DNA of 64,000 nucleotides. It comes from the human T2T-CHM13v2.0 reference genome, Homo sapiens. The stretch lies in the NCBI RefSeq assembly GCF_009914755.1, contig NC_060937.1, one strand, 5' to 3'. This document shows positions 31,801 to 44,344 of the stretch, piece by piece. The position numbers were made by a program, and so were the translations under genes. The notes under the pieces are model-generated. The model saw only the letters and a program-made list of their open reading frames with translations. It did no database searches and was not told where the DNA came from. Positions within the stretch are counted from its first letter, which is position 1. Every line of letters starts with the position of its first letter.

Positions 31801-32489
31801 TTACTCCTTATCACATATTTTATATTAAAACTGACATATGCTAACGAGTAAAAGCTTGCTATCATCACGTACACACATAAACTTCACATATTCTTTATTC
31901 ATGTCCCTTATATTCATTTTGGAGAAGGAGCATCATTTAAGAATATGGTATCATATTTATTTATTTATTTTTATTTTAAACTAATAAAAAAGTTTATTTT
32001 AAACAATCTTAGGTGGATAAAATAGCTCCCTTACTAGATATTCTCAAAAGATTAAGGTTCTTCAGGTTTTCAGGAAACGCATATTAAAATATTCATAGAG
32101 GTAATTTGTATTTTTTAACATTACTGTTAGGTCAACTTTGAGAATGCTGATATTGTACTTAATGTCAAATTGTTATGCTTTAATTTTTTTAATGTACATA
32201 AATAATTGCTTCTATAGACAAAGCACCCAAGGTCACAAACTGCCCTGCATTATAAATGACAACTCTATCTTCATTATCTACACAGTTGTTAAATGCAAAA
32301 TTATTATTCCTTATTATAATTGATGAACAAATATTTTAAGTAGTAAAAATTGCATTTGCAAAAGTCTCTGGAAAACTGGATATATCTTTGGTCAGCTTTC
32401 CATATCTTTGGAATAGATATTTAGGTTTCTCAAATGCTGTAATCATTCATGTTGTAATCATTCATGATATCATAGATATCCTTAACATA

Positions 32490-32700
32490 TAGCATGTAAA
32501 ACACTATTCTCTGTACTTTGCATTTAATCTTTCCAATAACCCTGAAGTGCGGTACTCCCCACCTCCCCAATCTATTTTACTTATAAAGAAATTGAGATTC
32601 AGGCAGATAGAAAGCCAATTCTAAGATATATGTTAAAAATCTTCGGAACTGAAAATCAAACCCAGATCTCACTTATTACAAAGCATACACTCTCTGCAAT
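32490..32700 (-). mobile_element. MIR fragment
   Basis: catttaatctttccaataaccctgaagtg...tattttacttataaagaaattgagattcag is the antisense MIR core. Confidence 0.55.
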
Positions 32701-34328
32701 ACAACAGACAGTTCCCCAGCTTTAACCAGTAGCATCTGATTAATCATTGGCCCTATTAATTAAGATAGTATGAAAAAACAGAAAAGATAGTATGTTAGAA
32801 ACCAAAACATTGGCAGGCAGGGCCAAGATGGCCAACTAGAAGTAGTGGGAATAGGAGGTTTCCATTGAAAAGAACTGTAACCACATGTGAAACTTGCACC
32901 AGCAACTGAGGTATTCAGCTTCTATCATCAGAACTGACTAGATGGCTGGAGTGACCCACAAAGAGGAAGGAAGAGGACTGTTGTGTGGGAGCCCACCTGA
33001 GAGCCACATGGGGCAGGGCAGCCCTCAGCCAAAGGAGGCAGGGAGTGAGTATGTTACTCAGCCTTGGAAAATGTGCTCTTTCCAAGGAACTGTGAAATTC
33101 ACAGATCGGAAGAGCCCACTGGTGAGTCCATGCAACTGGGGCCTAGGGTCCCAACTGTGGAGCCCTGCAGATTCTCAACAGCCACTAAGCTTAAGCCTGC
33201 TGAGCTCTTGGAGGGAGGGGTGACCAGCACCAGAGTTGCAGCTGCCAGCTCTCTAAGCCCTTTGAGATCTAAGCCTTTTGAGATCCTCAGCAGCCAACAC
33301 TGGGACTGATAGCCGCCTAACATACTAAGCTCCCAGGGTGGCAGCCATCTCTATAGCTCCAGGCTGCACTTTTCCCCTGCTGGAGCCAGGGAGGCTGGAC
33401 GGCTTGGTCCCAAGAGGTATCCTCCACAGCCCAACACACCTGAGCTGTGGTGGACTGAGGACAGAGTGACTCTTCAGGCCTGACCTTGACCCATCCCTCC
33501 TCACTGAGTGGGGCCTCCCTGCAGGAACTCCAACAACTCCAGCCAGGGGCTTAGGACAGAACTCTGATCTGCCTGAGCCTGAGCCCCTAGGGGTAGTGAT
33601 AGCCACAGTCTCTGCAGATAAGCCGACTTAGTCTTTCTTCCTGCTAGATTAGAGAAAAAAAGAATGCAGAAGAATGATCAAAACTCTGAGAAATATGGGA
33701 CTATGTAAAAAGACCGTACCTATGATTGATTAGAGTACCTGAAAGAGACCAGGAGAATGGAACCAAGTTGGAAAACACACTTCAGGATATTATCTAGGAG
33801 AACTTCCCCAACCTAACAAGACAGGACAACATTCAAATTCAGGAAATACATAGAACCCCACTAAGATAACTCATGAGAAGATCAACCTCAAGACACATAA
33901 TCATCAAATTCTTAAAAGTTGAAATGAGGGAAAAAATATTAAGGACAGGCAGAGAGAAAGGCCAGGTCACCTACAAAAAGAATACCATCAGAATAACAGC
34001 AGAGCTCTCAGCAGAAACCCTATAAGCCAGAAAAGAGTGAGGGCCAATATTCCGCATTTTTAAAGAAAATAATTTTCAACCCAGAATTTCATATCCAGAC
34101 AAACTAAGCTTCACAAGTGAAAAAGAAATAAAATCTTTTCTAGACAAGCGAATGCTGAGGGAATTCATCACCACCAGGGTTGCCTTGCAAGAGCTCCTGA
34201 AGGAAGAACTAAATAGGAAAAAGGAAAAACCAATACAAGCCACTGCAAAAACACACTAAAATATAAAGACCAATGACACTATGAAGAAACTCCATCAACT
34301 AGTATGCAAAACACCAGATAGCATCATG

Positions 34329-37300
34329 ATGACAGGATCAAATTTACACATAACAATATTAACCTTAAATGTAAATGGGCTAAATGCCCCAAGTAAAAGA
34401 CACAGACTGACAAATTGGATAAAAAGTCAAGACCCATCGGTGTGCTGTATTCAGGAGGCTTATCTCATGTGCAAAGACACACCTAGGCTTGACATAAAGG
34501 GATGGAGGAAAATTCACCAAGCAAATGGAAAGCAAAAAAAAGGCGGGGGTTGCAATCCTACCCTCTGACAAAACAGACTTTAAGCCAACAAAGATCAAAA
34601 AAGAAAAGGAGGGCATCACATAATGGCTAAGAGATTAATTCAACAAGAAGAGCTAACTATTCTAAATAAATATGCACCCAATATAAGAGCACCTAGATTC
34701 ATAAATCAAGTTCTTAGAGGCCTATAAAGAGACTTAGACTCCCACATAATAATAGTGGGAGATGTTAACAACCCACAGTCAATATTAAACAGATCAATGA
34801 GACAGAAAATTAAAAAGGATATTAAAGTCTTGAAGTCAGCTATGGATCAAGTGCCTAATAGATATCTACAGAACTCTCCACCCCAAATCAACAGAATATA
34901 CATTTTTCTCAGTGTCACATGACACTCATTCTAAAATCGAGCACATAATTGGAAGTAAAACACTCCTCAGCAAATGCAAAAGAACTGAAATCATAACAAT
35001 CTCTCAGACCACAGTGCAATCAAATTAGCACTCAGGATTAAGAAACTTACTCAAAACCAGACAAATACATGGAAATTGAACAACCTGCCCCTGAAAGACT
35101 CCTGGGTTAACAATGAAATTAAGGCAGAAGTCAAGAAGTTCTTTGAAACCAATGAGAACAAAGAGACAATGTACCAGAATCTCTGGGACACAGCTAAATC
35201 AGTGTTAAAAGGGAAATCTGAATGCCCACATCAGAAAGCTAGAAAGATCTCAAATCAACACCCCAACATCACAATTAAAAGAGCTAGAGAAGCAAGAGCA
35301 AACAAATTCAAAAGCTATCAGAAGACAAGAAATAACTAAGATTAGAGCAGAACTGAAGGAGATAGAGATACAAAAAATTCTTCAAAAAAAAATCAATGAA
35401 TTCAGGAGTTTTTTTTTTTTTGAAAAAAAAATGAACAAAATAGAACACTAGCTAGACTAATAAAGAAGAAAAGAGAGAAGAGTCAAATAGACACAATAAA
35501 AAATGATAAAAGAGATATCACTATTGACTCCATAGAAATACAAACTATGATCAGAGAATACTATAAAGACCTCTAGGCAAATAAACTAAAAAATCTAGAA
35601 GAAATGGATAAATTCCTCGACATGTAAACCTTTCCAAGACTAAAACAGGAAGAAGTCATATCCCTGAATAGATCAACAAGTTCTCCAATTGAGGTAGTAA
35701 TTAATAGCCAACCAACCAATAAAAGCCCAGGACCAGATGGATTCACAGCTGAATTCTACAAGAGATACAAAGAGGAGCCGGTACCATTTCTTCTGAAACT
35801 ATTCTAAACAGTTGAAAAGGAGAGACTTCTCCTTAATACATTTTATAAGGCCAACTTTATCTTGATACAAAAACCTGGCAGAGACACAACAAAAAAGGAA
35901 ACTTCAGGCCAATATCCCTGATGAACATCAATGGGAAAATCCTCACTAAAATACGGGCAAACTGAATCCAGCAGCACATCAAAAAGCTTATCCATCACAA
36001 TCAAGTAGGCTTCATCCCTGAGATGCAAGGCTGGTTCAACATATGCAAATCAATAAATGTAATCCATCACATAAACAGAACCAATGACAAAAGCCATATG
36101 ATCATCTCAACAGATGCAGAAAAGGCCTTCGATGTTATTCAACATGGCTTCATGTTAAAAACTCTCAATAAACTAGGTATTGATGGAACATATCTCAAAA
36201 TAATGAGATATATTTATGACAAACCCACAGCCAATATCATACCAAATGGGCAAAAGCTGGAAGCATTCCCTTTGAAACCAGCACAAGATAAGGATGGCTC
36301 CTCTCACTACTCCTCTTCAACATAGTATTGGAAGTTCTGACCAGGGCAATAAGGCAAGAGAAAGAAGTAAAGGAAAAAAAATGGAAAGAGAGGAAGTCAA
36401 ATTGTCTCTATTTGCAGACAACATGATTCTATATTTAGAAAACCCCATCACCTCAGCCCTAAAACTCCATAAGCTGATAAGCAACTTCAGCAAAGTCCCA
36501 GGATATAAAATCAATGTGCAAATATCACAAGCATTACTATACACCAACAATAGACAAGCAGAGTGACAAATCATGAATGAACTCCCATTCACAATTGCTA
36601 CAAAGAGAATAAAATACATAGGAATACAGCTAACAAAGGCAGTAAAGGACCTCTTCAAGGAGAACTACAAACCACTGCTAAAGGAATTCAGAGAGGACAC
36701 AAACAAATGGAAAAACGTTCCATCCTTATGGATAAGAAGAATCAATATTGTAAAAATGGTCACACTGCACAAAGTAATTTATATATTCAATGCTATTCCC
36801 ATTAAACTATCACTGATATTCTTCATAGAATTAGAAAAAAACTAAATTTCATATGGAACCATAAAAGAGCCTGTATAGCCAAGACAATCCTAAGGAAAAA
36901 GAACAAAGCTGGAGGCATCATGTTACCTGACTTCAAACTATACTGCAAGGTTATAGCAAGCAAAATAGCATGGTACTTGTACCAAAACAGACATATCAAC
37001 CAATGGAACAGAACAGAGACCTGAGAAATAACACCACACATCTACAACCATCTGATCTTCAACAAATCTGACAAAAACAAGCAATATTGAAATGAGTCCC
37101 TATTTAATAAATGGTGCTGGGAAAACTGGCTAGTCATTTGCAGAGAACTGAAACTGGACCCCTTCCTTACACCTTAAACAAAAATTAACTCAAGATGAAT
37201 TAAAGCCTTAAATGTAAAACTCAAAACCATAAAAACCCTAGAAGAAAACCTAGGCAATACCATTCAAGACATAGGCATGGGCAAAGACTTCAAGATGAAA

Positions 37301-38028
37301 ATGTCAAAAGCAATTGCAACAAAAGCCAAAATTGACAAACGGGATCTAATTAAACTAAAGAGCTTCTGCACAGCGAAAGAAACTATCATCAGAGTGAACA
37401 GGCAACCTACAGAATGGGAGAAAATTTTTACAATGTACCCATGTTACAAAGGTCTAATATCCAGAATCTACAAGGAATTTAAACAAATTTACAAGAAAAA
37501 AAAACAACCCCATCAAAAAGTGAGCAAAGGATATGAACACATACTTCTTAAAAGAAGACAATTATATCACAACAAACACATAAAAAAAAAGCTCAACGTC
37601 ACTGATCATTAAAGAAATGCAAATCAAAACCACAATGAGATACCTTCTAACACCAGTCAGAATGGCGACTATTAAAAAGTTAAGAAACAATAGTTGCTGG
37701 CGAGGCTGTGGAGAAATAGGAATGCTTTCACACTGTCGGTGGGAATGTAAATTAGTTCAACCATTGTGGAACACAGTGTGGCAATTCCTCAAGGATCTAG
37801 AACCAGAAATACCATTTGACCTAGCAATCCCATTACTGGGTATATATCCAAAGGAATATAAATCATTCTACTATAAAGATACATGCACATGTATATTTAT
37901 TGCAGCACTGTTTACAATAGTAAAGACATGGAACCAACCCAAATGCCCATCAGTGATAGACTGGATAAAGAAAATGTGGTACATATACACCATGGAATAC
38001 TATGCAGCCATAAAAAAGAATGAGCTCA
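34329..38028 (+). pseudogene. L1 ORF2 (endonuclease/reverse transcriptase), fragmented by stops and frameshifts
   Basis: ORF-track peptides [56 protein letters not shown] (FADD-like), [25 protein letters not shown] (zinc-knuckle region). Confidence 0.93.
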
Positions 38029-38555
38029 TGAGAGGTGACAACAGTTAGCAGCCCTTGCTCCCTCTTGGTGCCTCCGTGGCCTCTGGGTCTGCTTTGGCTG
38101 CGCTCAAGGAGCCCTTCAGCCCACCACTACACTGTGGGGGCCCCTCTCTGGGGCTGGCGGAGGGCGGAGCCTGTTCCGTCTGTTCACAGGGAGGTGTGGA
38201 GGGGGAGGCATGGGCGGGAGCCAGGGCTGTGTGCAGTGCTTGTGGGCTGGCGCGGGTTCCAGGTGGGCGTGGGCTCGGTGGGCCGCACTCAGCGTGGTTG
38301 GCTTGCACCTGCTGGGCTTGATCAGAGGCTGGGTCCCGTGTGTGGACCGCAGTTCCCTCTTCGTGGGGTCACTGGCCACAATGGCAGGTCTCCCTCTCTT
38401 TCTTGCTTCCCCTCTTTTCCTCTTGGTTGTCTGGGACCAGCTCTCTCTGTGCTGCTGGAGTGCCCGGGCTAGGAGCCACAAAGTCCCACTGCAAGTGCCA
38501 GTGAGATGTGAAGCAGGCTGGGTTTCTGGGATGGGTGGGGACTTGGAGAACTTTT

Positions 38556-38830
38556 CTGTCTAGCTAAAGGATTGTGAGTGCACCAATCAGCACTCTGTGT
38601 CTGGCTAAAGGTTTGTAAATGCACCAATCAGCACTCTGTGTCTAGCTAATGGTTTGTAAAGGCACCAATCAGCACTCTGTGTTTAGCTAATCTTGTAGGG
38701 GACTTGGAGAACTTTTGTGTCTAGCTAAAGGATTGTAAACGCGCAAATCAGCACTCTGTGTCTAGCTAAAGGTTTGTAAACACACCAATCAGCACTCTGT
38801 CAAAACGGACCAGATAAGGGAATAAAAGCA
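38556..38830 (+). promoter_or_regulatory. ERV9 LTR enhancer/promoter array (about 41-bp CCAAT repeats, GATA, AATAAA TATA-like box)
   Basis: CCAAT at 38583, 38624, 38665 and 38785, one mutated copy near 38744; cagataagggaataaaa at 38811-38827. Activity at this locus is not shown. Confidence 0.65.
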
Positions 38831-38947
38831 GGCCACCTGAGCCAGCAGAGGCAACCCACTCGGATCCCCTTCCATGCTGTGGAAGCTTTGTTCTTTCGCT
38901 CTTTGCAATAAATCTTGCTGCTGCTCACTCTTTGGGTCGGCGCAGCC

Positions 38948-39355
38948 TTTATGAGCTGTAACACTCACCTTGAAGGTCTGTAGCTTCACTCCTGAAGCCA
39001 GCGAGCCCACGAACCCACCGGGAGGGATGAACAACTCCGGACGCGCCACCTTTATGAACTGTAACACTCACCGCGAAGGTCTGCAGCTTCACTCCTGAGG
39101 CCAGCGAGACCACGAACCCACCGGAAGGAAGGAACAGCTCCAGACGCGCCGCCTTTATGAGCTGTAACACTCACCGTGAAGGTCTGTAGCTTCACTCCTG
39201 AAGTCAGCAAGACCACGAACCCACCAGAAGGAAGAAACTCCGGACACATCTGAACATCTGAAGGAACAAACTCTGGACACACCATCTTTAAGAACTGTAA
39301 CACTCACCACGACGGTCCGTGGCGTCATTCTTGACGTCAGTGAGACCAAGAACCC
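38948..39355 (+). repeat. LTR12 U5 tandem repeats (about 103-bp period, about 4 copies)
   Basis: tttatgagctgtaacactcacc-type unit recurs at about 38948, 39051, 39154 and 39287. Confidence 0.85.
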
Positions 39356-39452
39356 ACCAATTCCGGACATACCATCATCCTCAGCAAACTAACACAGGAA
39401 CAGAAAACCAAACACCACATGTTCTCACTCATAAGTGGGGGTTGAACAGTGA

Positions 39453-39500
39453 GAACACATGGACACAGGGAGGTGAACACATGGACACAGGGAGGTGAAC
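39453..39500 (+). repeat. 22-bp perfect tandem duplication in the L1 3'UTR
   Basis: gaacacatggacacagggaggt x2, then gaac. Confidence 0.9.
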
Positions 39501-39849
39501 TACACACTGGGGCCAGTCAGGGGATGGGGGACAAGGGAAGGGAGAGTATTAGGACAAATGCCTAATGCATGTGGGGCTTAAAACCTAGATGATGAGTTGA
39601 TAGGTGGAGCAAACCACCATAGCACATGTAGTACCTATGTAACAAACCTACATGTTCTGCACTTGTATCCTGGAACTTAAAGTAAAATAAAAAATAAAAT
39701 AAATCAAAACATCTGGTATCCAGTCTCATCGCCTGTGCATCATTTGTACAAACTACTGAGGTGTTTGCTTAAAGTTTATATGGCCCCGAAAAATTATAAT
39801 AATTTTAAAAGTCAATATTTATAAATTTTGCTACATACGAATTGCCAAA

Positions 39850-40040
39850 TCATGTGCTTTAAATAAATTATCTTACCTTAGCTTTGCCGTGAACCTCTTA
39901 TATAAAAGGTATTATTATCTACATTTTGTAAGAGGAAAACATTGATTCAAATGAGACTAACTAACTTGCTTGGAGTAACACACCCAAGAATTTGTGGAAC
40001 TAGGATAAAGTTCAAGCTCTCTGGTGACTGCTTTCATGAG
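39850..40040 (-). mobile_element. MIR fragment
   Basis: aggtattattatctacattttgtaagaggaaaacattgattc...taacttgcttggagtaacacac. Confidence 0.55.
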
Positions 40041-40203
40041 ATTAATGGCTATATGATACAGGTTTAAAACATAATTTTTACAAAAAATGAGAAAGAAGAC
40101 TCCTCTTAATCTGAGCATTCAATAACATCTAAATTTGCAGTTACTGGAATTTAATTAATTAGAGAAGGTTCCACATTAGAAACCTATTGCCCAATGTAGC
40201 TAC

Positions 40204-40971
40204 TGACAGGAACAGGAGGCAAGGAAATTCTGGCCAGAAGAGGGTAGGTTCCTGGCAAGGTCCCCACTCTCAAGCCAAAACACCTAATTATGCAATCCAA
40301 AGTGAGAAATTACATCCCTGTTTTCCCCGCCCCCTCATCCTGTGCTCATATAAACCCCAGGTTCAGCCAGCAGAGAGAAGAGAAGCAGCTGGATGTCAGA
40401 GACTATGCTTGGATGTTGGAGAGAAGTGGCTTGACTTCAGAAGAACAGCTTGATGGTGTAGCCTAAGAGAGGAGTCCAGCTGTCCAGATGGAGAATATTA
40501 CCTTTCCCCTCTGTTTTCTTTTCAGCACCCCTTCCCACTGAGAGCCACTTTCATCAGCACTAAAATCCCCCACATTTACCATCTTAGAGTCGTTCGTATG
40601 ACCTTATTCCTCCTGGACACTGGACAAGGACTCAGGTGCTACGAGTGTGGGTGCAAAAGTCTCTCACCCTGACTCTCCACTGAGCTGCCAACATTTAAAC
40701 CGTTTGTGAATAGCAAAGCTAAAAGGGCACTGTAACACTTCCTCTGGGTCTTCAGGGGTCACAGGCACTCTCCCCTAGATGCTGCTGCAGGGTGGGTACA
40801 GAGTTCAGTCTTGCAAGAGCCCAAAAGTGTTCGCCCCAGCTCGTGCACCTGCTCACATGCACTCTCCCTCCCATGGGGGGGTGGAGCAGCGAGTGAGTGC
40901 AGTTCACCCCTGCCAGCACCCATGCACAACACTTCCCACTCATGAAGGCATCAGGGAAATATCCTGCTTCA
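40204..40971 (+). mobile_element. ERV1 solo LTR, LTR1/LTR27/LTR28 group
   Basis: tga...aggaggcaaggaaattctggccagaagagggtaggttcctggcaaggtccccactctcaagcc start; tataaacccc; end tcagggaaatatcctgcttca. Confidence 0.8.
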
Positions 40972-41589
40972 CTGTCATGTTCGAATCCATGCTACCAACT
41001 AATTAAAAAAAAAATAAAAAAATAAAACTGTCATGTAACAAAAGGTGAGGATGAAAAAATAAAACACAAAACCCCAAATAGTTAACATTTTAAACAACTA
41101 CTGCAAAAAAAAAAAGCCTTACATTTAATCTTTACAGCAAATATATTTGGTATGTACTATTTCTATTTTTTACATGAAGAACCTGAAATTCAAAGAAGTT
41201 AGTGGTCTTGTTCAAGGTCCAGTGGTTCACTGGAATTAGGATTTAAATGTAAGCAGTTTGACTCTAGAAGTCTTGTGTTTGATCCCTCAATTGAGTGTGA
41301 CTTATCACCTCCTCAAACTCCCCCTACCAAAAAACACACCAAAGAGCAAGACTAATGTATTTGCATTGTCAAGCAAAAAATAATCTAGATTAATTAAATT
41401 CATAATAAAAAATCATACTTTTATGTATTATCTTGTTCAAAGTAGGTAGCAAAAGGTACATGCAAACATTACCTGAAAACATTACTGATGAAGCCAAGAG
41501 AGTGGGTAACCATCTGAATATCTATAGATTTGGGAACTCGGATAGTGAAAGGTTGGGTATTAACTCAAATTAACTGAAAAAAATCCAGA

Positions 41590-41800
41590 AGATAGATATA
41601 ATTAGATATAAAAGATAGAGATAATTTGCATGCGTATATGTAAATGTGTATATTTCACTGAATATATATAATATATAATATATTTTTGTTTAAAAAATAT
41701 TAAAATATACATATATTTTATATACAAAATATACATGTATTAAAATATACATTTACAGCAATATATATTATATATATATATTCCACTGAAACCTTAATAT
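41590..41800. repeat. AT-rich low-complexity / degenerate (TA)n
   Basis: Direct. Confidence 0.8.
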
Positions 41801-44318
41801 ATAATGTTATGAATATTGTGCCCAGGACCAATAAAGATATTAATAAGAAGGAATTCAACAGTCTTAATACTCTAACTCTCAGCAAAAAAATACTACTAGC
41901 TATTTTTTCTTTTATTTTATTTGAATTTTTAATTATTTTTACTATATAACACAGTTCTCAAAACGAGATCCCATTAAATCTCTGTCTGAAAAACTGTGTT
42001 AGTAGTAGTCTCATTTCACAACAGAATATACCTGCTCATGGCATAGTCACAGTCACAATATGTTGTACTCGACCCTGATAATAAGCTAATATCAAATGCC
42101 TTGACTCCTCCTTTCTTCATTTCTTTTTGTTTTTTAATCTGAAGCAAATCATTTCAAATCCAACCATATTTTTTCTCACTGACCCTTAAAACTTCCTGGG
42201 ATAATAACACCTATTTTTCTTTGATAACTAATATGTATAGCATATTTTATTAACTAATGAAATTGCCACACCAAAAAATTTCATTATTTGGAAGTCATAA
42301 ACATCATTTATTAAAACGTGATTTAACAGACATGGAGGAAATTAAGCCTGGAGTTTGTTGAACACCCCCAGGTAATGGATTAACGAATGTCTAATTCAAG
42401 GAGAATCACATGTCCAGGAGTACAACAAAATTATTATCAATAACAGATAGAAAATAAAGAGGTACATTATCCCAGTAGGTGAACAAAACTTAGTAATGAT
42501 GAATATGAAACAGTAAATATGTTACAACATGGAGTGAACATCAGAGTGTTATATTCAAAGAACTAGATGTTAGTGTCTTTTTGTTTATTTGCTTGTTTAT
42601 ATTGAGAGATGATGTCTTGTTATACTTATAGATTCTCTGAAATTTTTGTGACATTTCTTTTAAAATGATAGGGTTTTGACATTTGACATCTATATTTCAA
42701 GATATGAAAGATCTGAAACTTATATCTGAAAATAGAGACCAAAGAATCTTGAAAATGAAAATCAGTACTAAATTGACTAACTTGGAGAATGATCTGAATT
42801 CTAGGCATGTTTTCACTTTTTTTTTTTTAAGCAATTTTGGGCTGGTGATGGAATAGTGATAAGGGTCATTTAAGGGTAAAGTGTAACTATTCCAGAAAAG
42901 AATAATCAGTTAATTATGGGTAGATAAAGTGTTAACAACAACAACAAAAAATATGACATGAATCTAGTCTAGCCCTGAGGCACTGAGGGCCTGGACTACA
43001 CCTGAAAGAAATAAATACAGAGTGTATTACAAAGGAAGCATTTTGTGCTAGGAAAGACCCTCAAAAATAACTTATGAATAAATTATGTGTGAATTAACAT
43101 GGATAGAAATGCAGATCACAATAAAATTGTATCACTGTTTTCCTGACACATTCCTGATACACTCCATGTTTTAAAAACCCATTTCTCATTTTCCTACCAT
43201 TCTTTTACTTGAGTTCTCTGACTTCTTTGCTCAAATTAAGTCTTATTTCTGATTCTAATATGTGTAGACAGAACTTGCTTATCTATGTCACTTGCATTAA
43301 AGTTAAGTTTCCTGTTTCTAGGATTTACTACTCGTGTGTTTTTGCATTTTAATAATAAATTATCTATTAAATGAGAGATGTAGATGAAGATGACAGAGAT
43401 ATAAAGAGATAAATAGATTAAAAAGTAGATTAAAATGAAAACAAAAATAGAAAGTGACAGAGCAGAAGAGTGAAAAACTATTCAAGCCTTGGTAGCTGTT
43501 ATTCAAAGGGCTTCAAAGAATTGGTTTTAGTAAATATTTTTTATTCATTTAAAATTACATAATGTGAAGTGTGTTAACATCAATTTTTAGACATGCTAAT
43601 TATTTAACTAATCACAATTCCCTATTTCTGAAGTTGAGTGAATTTAAAATAATGAGATCACTGTGTCCATTTCACACTTTGAGTCTTCCTAGAATAAAGA
43701 ATAAAATGGCAAATAAATTTGAAAAATGATGGCATCTCAACTCTTTTCAGAAAATAAATATACAACCAGAGCATGTAAACTCCCTGTCACTTCATATAGT
43801 AGCAATCTAGACTAAAATGAAGATGAAACAGCTTTCCTGGCTGAAATGAAGATATCAACTGCGTTAAATTAGATTTTTTGGTACTTAAGTGAAAGACCGT
43901 TTTTCCAGTATCTGAATTACCTGACTCAAATCACTTCATAAATTGGACTAAACAGTATTGAGTTTTGGGGTTGTTTTTCTATTCCCTTTGCTTGACACAA
44001 AGTTCAGTACTCCATTTCTTCTTTAACTATGAGAGAAGCTTTAATAACAGAGGCTACATCAGTAATGTAGAAATGAAATGTCTCAAATTGCATTTGTGTC
44101 CCCAGTGTCTACTTCAGATTTGTCCTAAGAAAAGCACATGTTTTGAAGTAGTTTTAAAGGGCTCTCCTTTTGAATGGATTATAATTTATTTCATGAGATA
44201 CACATTTTCTCTTTTGAAAATAAGAGGAAAATAATTCTTCTTTGTTTGCTTTTTAGTATACTTGATCTCCTCAATTTCCAGTTTTAAAAATGTATATTTT
44301 AACCACAAGTATATGTAA

Positions 44319-44344
44319 ATATATATATATATATATATATATAT
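44319..44344. repeat. (AT)n microsatellite
   Basis: Direct. Confidence 0.92.

Larger units (their letters stand above)
38029..39371 (+). mobile_element. Solo LTR12 (ERV9) LTR
   Basis: Starts tgagaggtgacaac; ends gagaccaagaacccaccaattccggacata; U3 CCAAT repeats and U5 gctgtaacactcaccgcgaaggtctgcagcttcactcctga repeats. Confidence 0.95.
32812..39700 (+). mobile_element. Near full-length L1PA8/L1PA10-type LINE-1, inactive, internally deleted, with LTR12 insertion
   Basis: 5'UTR ggccaagatggccaactagaag; ORF1 C-half; ORF2 from 34329; 3' gtatcctggaacttaaagtaaaataaaaa; TSD aaaccaaaacat (32799-32810) / aaatcaaaacat (39701-39712). Confidence 0.95.

Noticed and set aside
38556-39355. Regularly spaced repeats superficially like a CRISPR array
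   Set aside because: Tandem units without unique spacers; standard ERV9 U3/U5 repeats in eukaryotic DNA, no cas genes.
38035-39370. Cluster of GC-rich ORFs and relatively high CpG
   Set aside because: Entirely within LTR12; not a CpG-island gene promoter or CDS.
32812-39700. Potentially active full-length L1
   Set aside because: ORF1 start deleted, ORF2 has many stops and frameshifts, LTR12 inserted.
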